Shown here: in pieces, positions 1-21,681 of the stretch
How positions within the stretch are numbered: position 1 is the first letter of the stretch
Layout: each line of letters opens with the position of its first letter
NCBI RefSeq assembly: GCF_009914755.1
Contig: NC_060939.1
Length of the DNA stretch: 64,000 nt
Direction: 5' to 3' (one strand)
Source of the DNA: the human T2T-CHM13v2.0 reference genome, Homo sapiens
Translations under genes and position numbers: made by a program
The notes under the pieces: generated by a model
Told to the model about the DNA's origin: nothing
The model's database searches: none
What the model saw: only the letters and a program-made list of their open reading frames with translations

Positions 1-816
1 TAGTTAATGTGTGAGAGTTTAGACAGGGAAAGATTATTTTATGGCTGGGTTTTTCAGGATAAGCTGACATTGTATGGTCAGGCGTTTCCCTTTCAAGGGA
101 AAGCATAACACTATGTATACTTGTCTTGTTCTCTGTGCTCCTTTAGAGTTGAAGCTCTTTCCACTTCCTGGTACCCAATGGCACCTCTCACCACAGTGCT
201 TTTTACAAAGTAGGTGCTTGGGGATATTGTTAAGTTGAATGAGTACAGAGTTGTGTGGTATGTGGGGGTTGTGGTAGGAAAAAGAATTTCAGTGTTATGG
301 TGATAAGAGCTTGGGGTAATTTTCTGTTTTGGTTTTTGTTTTTCTTTTATTATTTGGTTATAATTGAGACCAGGAGTAATACGGTCCCTAAGCAAGAGAG
401 AAAGAGCAGTGTGTGTCTTTCAGTAGAGTCTTTCTAATTTATTCAAAGATAAATTAGAAAAGGATTCTACCCTTATGTACATAAATAACTATTAGGCGAT
501 AAAGAGATATAAAGTGCCATAAGAAAGTTTAGAGGAAGTTTGGAACGAGAAGAGATTATTTCTGATGGTAGGTCATGAAAAGGTTCGTGGAGGAGAGGTG
601 ACTTTTGAAGGTAACATTTGAATTGGCAGGGATGGGTGGGGCTGATCACCTAAAAGTTATACTAAACCTTGTATTCTTTGTGGGCATCCCTGTCTCTACC
701 TTCCTGCATCGTGGCTTGATGACATCTATTTTCTCTCAAAACTTCTTCACATTTTGGCCCTAACAAATTTACCCCATCTCATTTAACATGCTATCACTTA
801 AAAAATTAATTAATTA

Positions 817-969
817 ATTTTTAGAGAAAGGGTCTTGCTCTCTTGCCCAGGTTGGAGTGCAGGGGTGCAATCATAGCTCATGGCAGCCGGGAACTCTTGG
901 GCTCCAGCCATCCCCAGACCTCAGCCTTGTGAGTAGCTGGGACTGCAGATGCATGCCACCATGCTGGCT
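817..969 (-). mobile_element. Old Alu fragment (AluJ-like right arm)
   Basis: gggtcttgctc...ggagtgcag...gtagctgggact. Confidence 0.8.
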
Positions 970-1249
970 TAACATGCCATCTTGACCTCTTTCCCTGTAG
1001 CAGTGGGAAAAACGTATTTTTCTCCTAACACTTAACCTTCTATGTGTGATCTAGATCCTATCCCTTCTTGTCTTCTAGGGTTCTTATTCCAATATTATTT
1101 TCCCAACTATAACTTGCACTTTTTTTCCTGCTGCTTCTTTCTCTTTAGCACATGAACATCCTCACCCATTCAAGATACACTTCCTTACTCCTAGATACCC
1201 TGATTGTTTTCCCCTCTTTGTTCTTTCAAGGAAAATTTCCTATATTCAC

Positions 1250-1689
<440 letters not shown>

Positions 1690-1768
1690 CCTATATTCAC
1701 TTCCTTAACTTAACTCATTTGGATGTAATTCCTGTGCCTTCCTTTTCCCCATTGAAATTTCTCTTGCT

Positions 1769-2918
1769 TAGTTCCACCAACAGTGTAAAAGTGTTCCTAT
1801 TTCTCCACATCCTCTCCAGCACCTGTTGTTTCCTGACTTTTTAATGAGCGACATTCTAACTGGTGTGAGATGGCATCTCATTGTGGTTTTGATTTGCATT
1901 TCTCTGATGACCAGTGATGATGAGCATTTTTTCATGTGTCTGTTGGCTGCATAAATGTCTTCTTTTGAGAAGTGTCTGTTCATATCCTTTGCCCACTTTT
2001 TGATAGGGTTGTTTGTTTTTTTCTTGTAAATTTATTTGAGTTCTTTGTAGGTTCTGGATATTAGCCCTTTGTCAGATGAGCAGATTGCAAAAATTTTCTC
2101 CCATTCTGTAGGTTGCCTGTTCACTGTGATGGTAGTTTCTTTTGCTGTGCAGAAGCTCTAGTTTAATTAGATCCCATTTCTCAATTTTGGCTTTTGTTGC
2201 CGTTGCTTTTGGTGTTTTAGACATGAAGTCCTTGCCCATGCCTATGTCCTGAATGGTATTTCCTAGTTCAACCATTGTGGAAGACAGTGTGGCAATTCCT
2301 CAAGGATCTAGAACTAGAAATACCATTTGACCCAGCCATCCCATTACTGGGTATGTACCCAAAGGATTATAAATCATGCTGCTATAAAGACACATGCGCA
2401 CGTATGTTTACTGCGGCACTATTCATGATAGCAAACACTTGGAACCAACCCAAATGTCCATCAGTGATAGACTGGATTAAGAAAATGTGGCACATATACA
2501 CCATGGAATACTATGAAGCCATAAAAAAGGATGAGTTCATGTCCTTTGTAGGGACATGGATGAAGCTGGAAACTATCATTCTCAGCAAACTATCACAAGG
2601 ACAGAAAACCAAACACCGCATGTTCTCACTCATAGGTGGGAATTGAACAATGAAAACACATGGACACAGGGTGGGGAACATCACACACTGGGGCCTGTTG
2701 TGGGGTAGGGGGAGGGGAGAGGGGGGAGGGACAGCATTAGGAGATATACCTAATGCTAAATGATGAGTTAATGGGTGCAGCACACCAACATGGCACGTGT
2801 ATACATATGTAACAAACCTGCATGTTGTGCACATGTACCCTAGAACTTAAAGTATAATAAAAAAAAAAAAAAAGAAAAAACATTCCCAAGATCCCCTCAA
2901 AAAAAAGAAAAAGAAAAA
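1769..2918 (+). mobile_element. 5'-truncated, 5'-inverted L1PA (about L1PA4-6)
   Basis: Inverted ORF2 piece about 1773-2266 joined to sense ORF2 C-terminus, 3'UTR and polyA; TSD gaaatttctcttgct at 1754-1768 and 2919-2933. Confidence 0.95.
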
Positions 2919-3280
2919 GAAATTTCTCTTGCTCATATCACCAATGGCCTAATTGCTATGTCCCATGGAAATTTTTCTAGTACTTAATCTCTGCAGCATA
3001 TGTCACTCTTTCCTGTTCAATTCATGGAGTTTTCTTCCTTTTAATTGGGTATCTTTTTTATGCTTTTTGAATTTCGAACTGTGTATTGAAGTATTGACCT
3101 GTGTAAAAAATATATTGCCTATCTAAGAAAATCAGTTAGCATTCCTCTGGGAAACTCACTTGGCCATCCATCCTTACCCCAGGTCTAAGTTAGATGTTCC
3201 TCTCTCATGTATCTTTATTATAACTTTTCTCTTTCCTAATGCACTGTTAGCCTTAGAAGGCAAGTACTACGTTCTTTCTT

Positions 3281-3459
3281 TCTTTCTTTTCTTTTCTTTT
3301 CTTTTTTTTTGGAGACAGGGTCTCACTCTGTTACCCAGGCTGGAATGCAGTGGTGTGATCTGGGCTCACTGCAGCCACAACACCCCCAGGCTCAGATGAT
3401 CCTCCTTGTCTCAGCCTCCCAAAGTGCTGGGATTATAGGCGTGAGCCACCTCACCTGGC
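3281..3459 (-). mobile_element. Alu monomer (FRAM-like)
   Basis: Single-arm Alu with T-rich tail; agtact..gttctt flanks. Confidence 0.75.
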
Positions 3460-5296
3460 AGTACTGTGTTCTTAATGTATATCATAGTTAACCCCCACTC
3501 CCTTATTTTCTTACTAAATAATAGGTGTGAAAATTAAATTTTTGACATATATGGCTCTAGCAGAGGATTGCTTTTACAGAGAAATAGGTGCCTGTCTTCT
3601 ACTTTGTAGAGGACTCTTACCTGTTGTTTTCTTCTCAAGAGCTGCTCACAGGTTAGTAATGATTAGGCTGTAGAGCTGCTCACAGGTTAGTAATGATTAA
3701 GCTGTAGCTTCTGAGACTTAGCTATCATCTAGATTTAACTCAGTTTTGGAATTTCATTTCATTTCATTTAAGATTAAAAGGTCTTTCATGCTCCATGGTA
3801 AGTGGTAAACTAGGGATGGATGGATAGATAGACAGCTGACCATGGTAATGTTTCACCAGACTCTGGATCTGAAGACTTGATCAAGGAGTAAGTAATCTAT
3901 TAGCCGAGACTTAAACAAACGAAAAACTTTATTGGAGTTTAATACACATCCCACAAAATCCACCTGTTTTTTTAATGTACAATTCAATAATATTTAGTAA
4001 ATTTGCTGAGTTGTGCAACCCATCACTATGATCTAGTTTCCATTTCTCCAATAAGACCAGGGACTCTATTAAAATAAAACAATTAGACATGTAATTTTGA
4101 CAAGTAGACTTGACCTATTCTATCTGATTATGCTAAGAATGAAGTGATTTGCTCAGGGGTCTGTATTAGATATAAATACACACAGAAGTTAAATATATAA
4201 CTTGAAGCAAAAACATTTCCCTGTTTTTCACTTATTCCTATAGCTTTTCAGATTGGCCTAATTTATACTCAGGTTTCCTTTAAAACAGATACTATCAAGA
4301 TTTCTCATTTTGCTTGTATGGTTTGAAAAACAAGCCTTTTTTGTTCCTTGGCTGGATTACTGCAATACTTTCTTTAGTGTCTCCTCACTTCTCTCTAGCC
4401 CTTTCTCCTACAACTGCTCAGAATGGTCTTTTGAATTAAATCTTATTCTTTAATTCCTGTGTAAATCCTTCCAAGGGTCTGCACATTCTCTGCCCTTGGC
4501 CTGACGTATTCTCCCTTATCAGCACATACCACAAGTCTTTCAAGACCTATAAAATCAGTACCATTTTCTCTGGGAAGTCATCCTGATTCCCCTCTTTCTG
4601 CGTATGGTGAAGAATGCTTTATGGAATACTCTGCATTCCTTTCTCTCAAGACTTAGATTTACCATTACCATATGGAAATTTCTAGGCTGTTTCCAATGCC
4701 TAGGTGGTGCTCAGAAGTGTTAGTGGTTTAGTAGAATCCTAATTGTGGAGAAAGACAGCCAAATTTGGGAGGTTTTTAGCATAGAGTAACCCTGGCATTC
4801 AGGGATGTTTGCTGTGCAAGATGGGTGTGGTACCAGAGGAGCTGTTCCTGGAGGAACTGAATCTCAGTGGCTTGAAGTGGTCAGTTCCGGCATTGGTATG
4901 TTCCCCTTCTGTATTGCACAGAGCTGGGAAACCACTGAAGTCATGTGCTCTGCAGAACTTGTTCAACTGGTTTCCTCTCCACAGACCCCTAATTCAGATT
5001 TCCACCCTTATTCTTTTCTGCATATGCTCTTAGTCTGGGCTTGTTTTAAGGTTTACCACAGTAGAGTTCTCAGTATAGTTATTTATTTGTCTTGCTGAGT
5101 GTAGAGTGGGTAGGGCCAAGTATGTACTCCCTTTGAAAAGTGTTATCAGTAAGACAAGATAGACAGGTATTATGTAAATCATGGAGTGTCAGACTCCATT
5201 AGCAGGTTTATTTCTGTGGATCTAACCATTTCACCCCCACACTCATGTGTACATACACATATACATAGCTATCATTATTTAGAGCCTACTACTAGT

Positions 5297-5763
5297 TGCT
5301 GGGTGAGGTGTCAGAGCCCCGGCATTGGAAAGTAGTCAACTCACAGGTTGGTAGGAAGAATTTACTGACAGCAGTATAGGTTTGAAAAAGGAAAGTTTTA
5401 TTAGAAAGAAGGAACTCTGCAGAAGAATGCCTCAGCAAGAGAGAACTGAGCTCGCGGTGGATTTTTCCTTAGGGTATTTATGGAACTTAAAGCAGGAGCT
5501 TAAGGGTAGTTTGGACCATATTAGCCAATAGGTCATGATAAATGATTACATTTTTAGACGTAATGTCAGCAAGGGTTGCACAGGGAGTTTCGGCATGGCA
5601 TTCCAGAGATGTATAGAAAGTCTAGTTGCTTACAAATTTTAGGTTGAAAAGAGAGCTGGAACCAGGTGCCGATTTTAGATAACAGGGAAGTTAATTACTT
5701 CTAAATTCCTCAGATAAGAAGTTTTGCCTCTGAATGGTCTCCTTAGTGGACTCCAGGTGATCA
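5297..5763 (-). mobile_element. Solo LTR (ERV1-like, subfamily not assigned) inserted in a MIR
   Basis: TG...CA ends flanked by ctagt direct repeats (5292-5296, 5764-5768); tttatt polyA signal on minus strand; MIR-like sequence resumes after it. Confidence 0.65.
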
Positions 5764-5899
5764 CTAGTATTTGGTATGTATCATCTCATTTAATCCTTAC
5801 AACAACCTTATGAAGTTTGGTGTGTTGCTAATCCTGCTTTATATATGGGAAATGGAAGCTCAGAGAAGTTAGCGGGTAACATGTCATTCTTGGTTTTTC

Positions 5900-6970
5900 T
5901 TATGTCCTTCCCTCTTATCTCAGGGAGGAAGTGGGGTATATTCCTTTCTGTAGCTGGCTGCCGCCTCTGCTCTTCAGAACCTTGCTTTCTTTTGTTCTTA
6001 TTCCTGTATCTTTAGCCCCTCCTTCACGTGTTCTTTTCTTGCAGACTATAAAAATATGCTTTTTCCACAATCATTTAAAAAAAATAAAAAGACACTTTCC
6101 CAGGACATGTCACCATCTCAGACTAACTCCTTCTCCGTTCCCCCTAGTTTTTCCTCTTCCTTTCTTACACTTCTAGAAAAAGAAGTTGGCTGGGTGCAGT
6201 GACTCATGCCTGTAATCCCAGTACTTTGGGAGATGGAGAAGGGGGCGGGGAGGGAGTTGGGGGTTGGAAGTCAAGAATCTCTTGAGTTCAGGAGTTCCAT
6301 ACCAGCCTGGACAACATAGTGAAACCTTGTCTCCATTATAAAAAAAGTAATAATAATAAAATAAAAATTAGAAAAAGAAGCCTACATTTGCTGCCTCTCC
6401 TTCCTACTTTTAGTTACTTTTCTAGTTATTTTAAATGGACTCCTGTGTCACCACTCCACTAAGACTCCCCTTACAGGAGCCAAAGATGACCTTGCTTGTG
6501 TGCCACATTCTTTTCTCTTCACCACCCGCCTCTCTGCAGCATTGAAAGCTGGTGACCTCTACCAGTTTGCTGATTTTTTCCTTCCGTGATTGCCATTGTG
6601 TGATTCTCTCCTGGTTCTTAACTTGATCACAGACGCTATCTTTGTCTCTTTCACCTCTTAAGTGTTGGTGTTCTCTGAGGCACAGTGCTTCAGCTTTTAC
6701 ATTTTTCTCCACAGCCTCTTTCTCTGTGGGCTTATCTACTCTTGTGGTGCCATTTTCCAGATTTAGGTCTTCAGCAACAGGTCTCCCTCCTGAGACCTGT
6801 GTTTCCAACTGCCTACAAGATGCCACTGTCTGGACGTCCCGTTGACATTTCAAGCTGAACATGTTTCAACCGTGAATTGCTCATCCTCTCCGGCTTTTGT
6901 GGGTGTCCCCATTCTTGTTTAATGGCATCATCTTTTATGTAGTCATCCATGCCGCAAGTCACCAAATCAT
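5900..6970. mobile_element. Degenerate L2 interrupted by a sense Alu monomer (about 6188-6375)
   Basis: L2-like CT-rich motifs (tttccaactgcctac...tcaagctgaacatgt); Alu left-arm sequence. Confidence 0.6.
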
Positions 6971-8024
6971 CTTTTAAAAAATAAGAAAAAAACCTTCTCT
7001 TTTCGTTTTATAGAAGTGTTTGTAAGTTTGCTGTAGATGGTATATGGTGCCGGATTTTCTCCTAGAATTGTGTGTCAGAATGTGGGGCTTCTCGACACAC
7101 TGGACAACAATGTTATTTTAAAAAATCTTTGCTAGTCTGATAGCTGAAGATGGTGATATTGTTACTTTACTTTGTATTTCTTTGGTTAGTAGTAAGATTG
7201 AGAAATTTTCTTATAAATTACTGGCTATATGTATATTTTATGAATTTTTAAATTTGTGTTTCTAGCATATTTTTCTAGGGAAATGTTTGCCATTTTATTT
7301 CAAGTGTTTAAAATGTATATACATGTAAAGATTATGGAATATTGTTAGCTCTTTGTTATATGTTGTGATTTTTTTTCCTCCAGTAACCTTTCCTGTTAAA
7401 GTTTTATTTAGTTTTTTAAAAATGGCCTTACAGAAGTTTAAATACTAGCCAATTTATCTTTTCCTTTCTGATTTCTGCTTCTGTAGTAGTGTTTGTAAAC
7501 TTCTTTCTCATTTTAAGAGTATATAACTATTTTTTCTTTTTTAAAAAATTCTCTAATCCATTTGGTGTTTAATGTTAGTTGTGAACCGTGAGGTCTGGAG
7601 CTAACTGCTTCCCCACCCTCCATGCCCCCTGCCTTTTCAGTCATCTGTGAGATTTCACATCTTTCCCACTGCCCTTCTAATCCCCGTGCCTCATCTAACA
7701 GATTGTCAAATGGGGTCAATTCTACCTTTGTAATTGTTAATCATTCTCTTTCCACCATTGTCCCAGTTAAAGACTGTATTACCACTCACCTGGATTACCG
7801 AAATGTTTGCCTGATATTTCTCCCTTGAATCTGTCGTCCATGCTGCTGTCCAAGTTCTCCTTCTAAGTCTACTTGAAAACCTCCCATGGCTCCCATTCCT
7901 GCAGGTTAGATTACTAATCCAGATACTTTTACACCTACTTCTCTACCACAGTGACTTACCGTTCCCTGAATGTGCCATTTGTTTTCAGCCTTTTTTTTTG
8001 TCCTTTGTATTATGCTGTTCCTTT

Positions 8025-9973
<1,949 letters not shown>

Positions 9974-10315
9974 TTATGCTGTTCCTTTATGTTACATGTC
10001 TCCTTTTCCCATTTTTCACTATTGGAAATAGAATTTATTTGAGCAAAGCCTAGTTCAGATATCATCTCCTATTGTAGCTAGCTGTTAAAGCATAACTGTT
10101 ACCAGAGAGTAATTCCCTTGAAGGTGCTGACTGGTATTCAGCACAACGTTATACCACTGATAAGTGTTCCACACAGTAGTCAGTTCGAAATGTTTCCTGA
10201 ATGAATACGTGGGTGTCAGAATAGACACCTTTTTTTTTTTGAGGAATTGACTTAAAATACTTAGGAAAAAAACTTTAAAAAATAGAATAAATATGAAAAG
10301 GTATAAGAATTACTA

Positions 10316-11171
<856 letters not shown>

Positions 11172-11724
11172 GCCAGAGTATGGGCTTCAGAATCACACCA
11201 ACTTGGGTTCAAGTGAGAGTTTACTTGCCAGATAATCTTGGAATATACTTTTTGGAACCCACAGTTTATCTGTAAAATAATTACAATAATACTTCAGAGG
11301 TTGTTGCAAAGATTGAGATAATAATGCATGTAAAGTATTTGGCTTCATGTCTGCCACATGGTGTGAAGATTATTTTTTAAGTGTCATTTATATTGAAAAT
11401 GAGTCATTCTATGTTACTTCTTTCCTGTTTAGTACTTGTGTTTCAGATCTGACATCACCTTTTTAAAAATTTTGCATTTGAGTGAGATTTGCTAAAGCAG
11501 TTCTGGGGTTAAACTTGAAGAGAAAATATTGAATATTTATATTTAATATCCCATGTGAGAGGAGAGATTAAGAACCCTGTTGTCTGCTTGTTACATCTCT
11601 TGTGAAAAACATAAAAAATATAAGAGTTTTGTTACTGAACTCTACTTGTGGTTTTGGTCGAGTCTATCATGAAGGTATGTTGTGGAGATTAGTGCAAATA
11701 ATGATTTAAATATGGAATTATAAA

Positions 11725-11897
11725 GTTTAGCAGCTCTATATTCGGGGAAAAACAAGTCTCTGTTGATTGAAAAAGCATAATAAAATAATTTATTCTGAGG
11801 CTTTGTGGTTATGCAGTGTCAGAATGAAAAAGATGATACTCCTGTTCCATTTCAGGCTGGTCAGACCATACCTGGAACACAGTGTTCAGTTGGAGAA
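11725..11897 (+). repeat. Copy 1 of a local ~173-bp duplication (L3/CR1-like)
   Basis: Near-identical to 13518-13691. Confidence 0.9.
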
Positions 11898-12812
11898 AGT
11901 TCAGAGATGAGCAAAAGACGTGAGGGGGCAGAGATGATGTCTAACACTGCTAATATAATACCTGGTAACGTTTTGAGTACTTACTCTGTGCCAGGCACTG
12001 TTCTTAGTATTTTATATGTACTATCATCTCTTTAATCCTCATAAACATTCTGTGGGTAGGTGCTATTATTATTCTGTTTTTATGACTAGTGCTTGAAGGA
12101 GCTGGAATCATTTTACTTATGGAATTGTCAGCATGTGACTCATCATGAGGGGATAGGAGGAAAGGCACAAATATTTTTTTCAATACCCAGCCAAGCACTG
12201 TGCTAGCTCTATTTCACTTGCAATCTTATTTAATCCTCAATGACAAACCTTGGAAGATCCTGTTAGCCTTTTTTAACAAATGAAAGAACTGGTCAAGTGG
12301 CTTGCTGTCTTTCTCGGTAAGTGCGAGAGACAGGACATGGAACCAGATCTTTCCAAGTCCATGGCCAGTGCTACTCACATTATGCTTTTATTTTTACGTT
12401 CTCTTGCTCCAGGAGGCAGCTTAGGGTGCCAGTAGAGAATTGATGCCGGCTTAGCAAAAACCTTCTGACTACTGGAGTCCAGAAATGAACTAGGTTACCT
12501 TGAATGTTTGATTCTCTGTCAGTATTCAGGCTCAGCCTGCTTCCTGATTTGGCTGAGATGTTTTGGGAACATCAAATTGGGGATGGAGTAGAACATGTGA
12601 GGGGAGTGGAGGAATTGAGATGGGCTGAAAGATCTTTAATGAGCCTTCCATCCTTGAGATTCTATGATTATTGCTAGGACAGGGTTAAATATGAGAATTG
12701 GTGAAAAGTTGTGTTGGCCAGTGATTTTTCTTTTGTGCATAGATTGATTGATTTTGAGACAAGAGTTTCACTGTCGCCCAGGCTGGGAATGCAGTGGTAT
12801 GATCACTGCTCA

Positions 12813-13019
<207 letters not shown>

Positions 13020-13195
13020 CTAGCCGGGTGTGCTGATCCCAGCTACCCAGAGGAGACGGGAGAATTGCTTGAACCCAGAAGCCAGAGGTTGCAATGAGCT
13101 GAGATCGTGCCATTGCACTCTAGCCTGGGCGACAAAGCGAGACTCCATCTCAAAGAAAAATTTTTTTTAATAAAGTCTTCATAAAGCTAAATTTA

Positions 13196-13691
<496 letters not shown>

Positions 13692-14624
13692 TGAATTCAG
13701 CCAGGTTTGTTTGTTTGTCTTTTAAGACAGAGACTTGCTCTGCTGTTGCCCAGGCTGGAGTGCAGTGATGCAATCTCAGCTCATGCCTCAGTTTTCCAAG
13801 TAGTGGCTGGGATTGCAGGCATACTCCACCACACTTGGCTAATTTTTGTATTTTTTGTAGAGACGGGGTCTCACCCTGTTGGCCAGGTTTTTCTCCAATT
13901 CCTGACCTCAAGTGATCCACCCGCGTTGGCCTCCCAAAGTGCTGGGATTACAGGCGTGAACCACTGCACCGGTTCTAAATATTTAAGTTTTATAAGAAAG
14001 GTTTTGTGTCTAAGTTGAGAATCACTGGTGGATTTAGTTAAGCTAAAATACCTTTAATTATTAAAAAGTAGGCAGAATGTGGAGAGATACCAGCCTTTTT
14101 CCTTCTTGGTATTTCTGCGATTTTTCCCTTTTTAGACAGCCTGTGGAGCTCAACCCCTTTTGGCTTTTCAGGTGATATAGTGAGAGCAAGAGTGATACTG
14201 TGAGGAGGATTCTAAACCTAGCAATCAGTCTTGTTATTCCATCTTTGCCACTAGCTATTGGATGACCTTGGATCAGCCTCATTCTTATTTGTAAATGGGA
14301 GGAAGTGCAAATAGATTATTAGCCTCTGAGCAGGCTTGTGGCCAGTTAGATTCTTTTTCAATGTTTATATTTTTAATTTTGGAGTTGTACTTCTAAGGAC
14401 CTTTACTAAGGAATTAATTCTAAATAAAGAAGAACACCGTGCACAAAGATATTCCTTGCACTATTATTTAATGGTTGAAAACATTTAGAAATGACATAAA
14501 TGTCTAAGATAGGTGACTTATTAAGGACTTGGTTAAATTTTTATGTAAACTTAAAGTCTTCAGAAACTATATAATAACATGGAAAATATAAACATTTCAG
14601 AAATGTTTAATAATTGTCTCATTC

Positions 14625-14661
14625 ATATATATATATATATGTATATATATATATGTATATG

Positions 14662-14693
<32 letters not shown>

Positions 14694-14695
14694 TA
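14625..14695. repeat. (TA)n/(TATG) microsatellite at an Alu tail
   Basis: Direct reading. Confidence 0.95.
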
Positions 14696-16535
14696 ATTTT
14701 TGAGACAGAGTTTGTATATATAATTTTTGAGACAGAGTTTTGCTCTGTTGCCCAGGTTGGAGTATGGTGGCACGATCATAACTCACTGCAGCCTTGACCT
14801 CCTGGGCTCAAACGGTCCTCCTGCTGCAGCCTCTCAAGTAGCTAGGACTACAGGCATGTGCCACCACGCCTGGCTAATTTTTAAATTTTTTGTAGAGACA
14901 GGGTCTGGCTGTGTTGCCAGGCTGGTCCTGAACTCTTGGGCTCAAGCAATCCTCCTGCCTTGGCCTCCCAAAGTGCTGGGATTACAGGCGTGAGCTACTG
15001 TGCCTGGCCATTTTTAGATATATATTATATTAAAAACAAACAAAGGGATTTTCCCTAGAAGTGCATTTGCTTCCTGGCTCTCAGGTTTTCTGATTCTGTG
15101 ATTTAGTAGAAGAAGGGGAAATCTCATGTGAGCTGTAGAGAAAGACTGAAAGAAGTGTTTGTTGTGTCATCTTGGAATTCGAGTAGAATCCAAACTTCTG
15201 CTAACATTAAAAATGTTAACATGGCACTTTACTTTTCAAAGCAGTTTGGTCCTGATTTGTTCGTTTGTGACAGGGTTTCACTTTGTCACCCCAGTTAGAG
15301 TGCAGTGCCACCATCTCAACTCACTGCAGCTTCTACCTCCCAGGTTAAAGTGATCCTCCTGTCTTAGCCTCCCAAGTATCTGAGACTATAGGTGCACACC
15401 ACCACACTGGCAAATTTTTGTATTTTTAGTAGAGATGGGGTTTCGCCATGTTGTCCAGGCTGGTCTGGAACTCCTGACCTCAAGTGTTCGGCCTGCCTTG
15501 GCCTCCCAAAGTGCTGGGATTACAGGTGTGAGCCACTGCATCCTACCTAGTCCTGATTTATTTTATAAACAAACCAGGTGATACTCCATTGTGAAATAGC
15601 TCAGATTGGTGGGGAAGCCACATATGTGGTGAGGTGACTTGGAAGGCAGCTTCAGGTTTGAGCAGTTGTTTAGAAACAATGTATTTTGCCTCCCTGTTTA
15701 TTCTAGCTCATTCTTTCTATTTAATAACTTTCACCAAATCACAGTTGGCCTTTCTTCTCTGACCTGACACCTGTGTTATATAAAGAGCATTCTACCCAGC
15801 TATAGGAAACATCTAAGTCAGGACTGTTTTATAGCAGTTGGACTAGGGAAAGGAAATATAAAGAATGCTGGGAGATGTTACCATGGGCTCTCCTTTTATT
15901 TTTGTCTAGAAATCTCAGAAAAGAGGAAAACGTAAATACCTCTGGTAACTGGCTCTGATTCAAGGCAAAAGTATCTACTGTGCTCTTTATCCGTAGTTTT
16001 CCCTGTGTGTTTACTTCATTTTAAAAAGAAAAATAAGTAACTTTTTTTTTTTTTGGTACTGTTACGTGCTTGAGGGCCATTTTTGGCTTAGGCTGAGGTT
16101 GTTAGGTTTTCACTGTTAATGAGAACCCAAGTTAGATTGTCCCCTGAGAGCTGGAGTTGCCAGTAGTTGTTTGCCAGAATGATTTTATCAACATCCTTTT
16201 TAGCAGTAAAAAGATGAGATGTGTCCTTGAACTACACTATTTTCCGTACCGACAACTGCCAATCTTTTCCACATTGCCCTTTGCATCTTTAGGCTGAATA
16301 GAGGTATAGTTTAGATTTTTGTAGCCATTTCAAATTGGTATCTCATTTATTATGACAACTCTTCTGGAAAACTCATTTGTTTCATTTTTCCCCTTTCTGA
16401 CAATTTAAGTTCTACTATTTGAAAGAAAGAAAAGACAGCAGAGAAGCTTATCATCGAGTATAGGAAACAACCAGAAAATTATCTGGCCCATTCATATACC
16501 CATCAGGCTTCATGTGTTAGAGAGTACGCTGCCTA

Positions 16536-21166
<4,631 letters not shown>

Positions 21167-21603
21167 TGGTATTTTTATACAGCATTTTGTGAACATCTAT
21201 GTATTCAGACACCATACTAATTTGTTCATGTGCATTATCTCACTTAGTTTTTATACATACAAAGCAGCTGTTCTAGATGGTAAAACTCTGTCCCTAAAGG
21301 ATGAAGTGGCTTTTCCAGTGTCACCAGTAGATTACTAAGCCAGTAATTGAATCCAAGATAATTTAACTCCAAAGACCACATGTTCTGTTGAGCACACTAT
21401 ACACAAGAAGGCTCTCCAGGTAGTTGCTAAGTGAGAGGAGCTGAGATGTGGATTTGGCTTTTTGGTATTGGAATGTGAGCATAATGACATCAAAATTAAG
21501 GAAAATTTGTCAAATCTCTTGAGGAAACTTTTGCGAAGAGAGTTTTTATTTAATATTTGCTTCAATACAGCCAATAATACCTAATTTTCTTTTTTTTTTC
21601 TAG

Positions 21604-21681
21604 GCGACTGGCCTCCACTTTAGACACACTGATAATGTGATTCAGTGGTTGAATGCCATGGATGAGATTGGATTGCCTAAG
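21604..21681 (+). CDS. IQGAP1: IQGAP1 exon 4 (78 nt; ATGLHFRHTDNVIQWLNAMDEIGLPK)
   Basis: tag acceptor, gtaact donor, phase 0-0, in frame with exon 3. Confidence 0.98.

Noticed and set aside
2856-2880. Sense L1 AATAAA as an intronic polyadenylation site
   Set aside because: No clear downstream GU-rich element; the genomic A-tract would cause internal-priming artefacts, so it is unsupported from sequence alone
3638-3707. Short direct repeats here and at 25595 and 41886 as CRISPR-like arrays
   Set aside because: Only two adjacent copies each, no spacers, eukaryotic intron context
6431-6862. 143-aa minus-strand ORF
   Set aside because: Lies in degenerate L2-like sequence; no recognisable protein features
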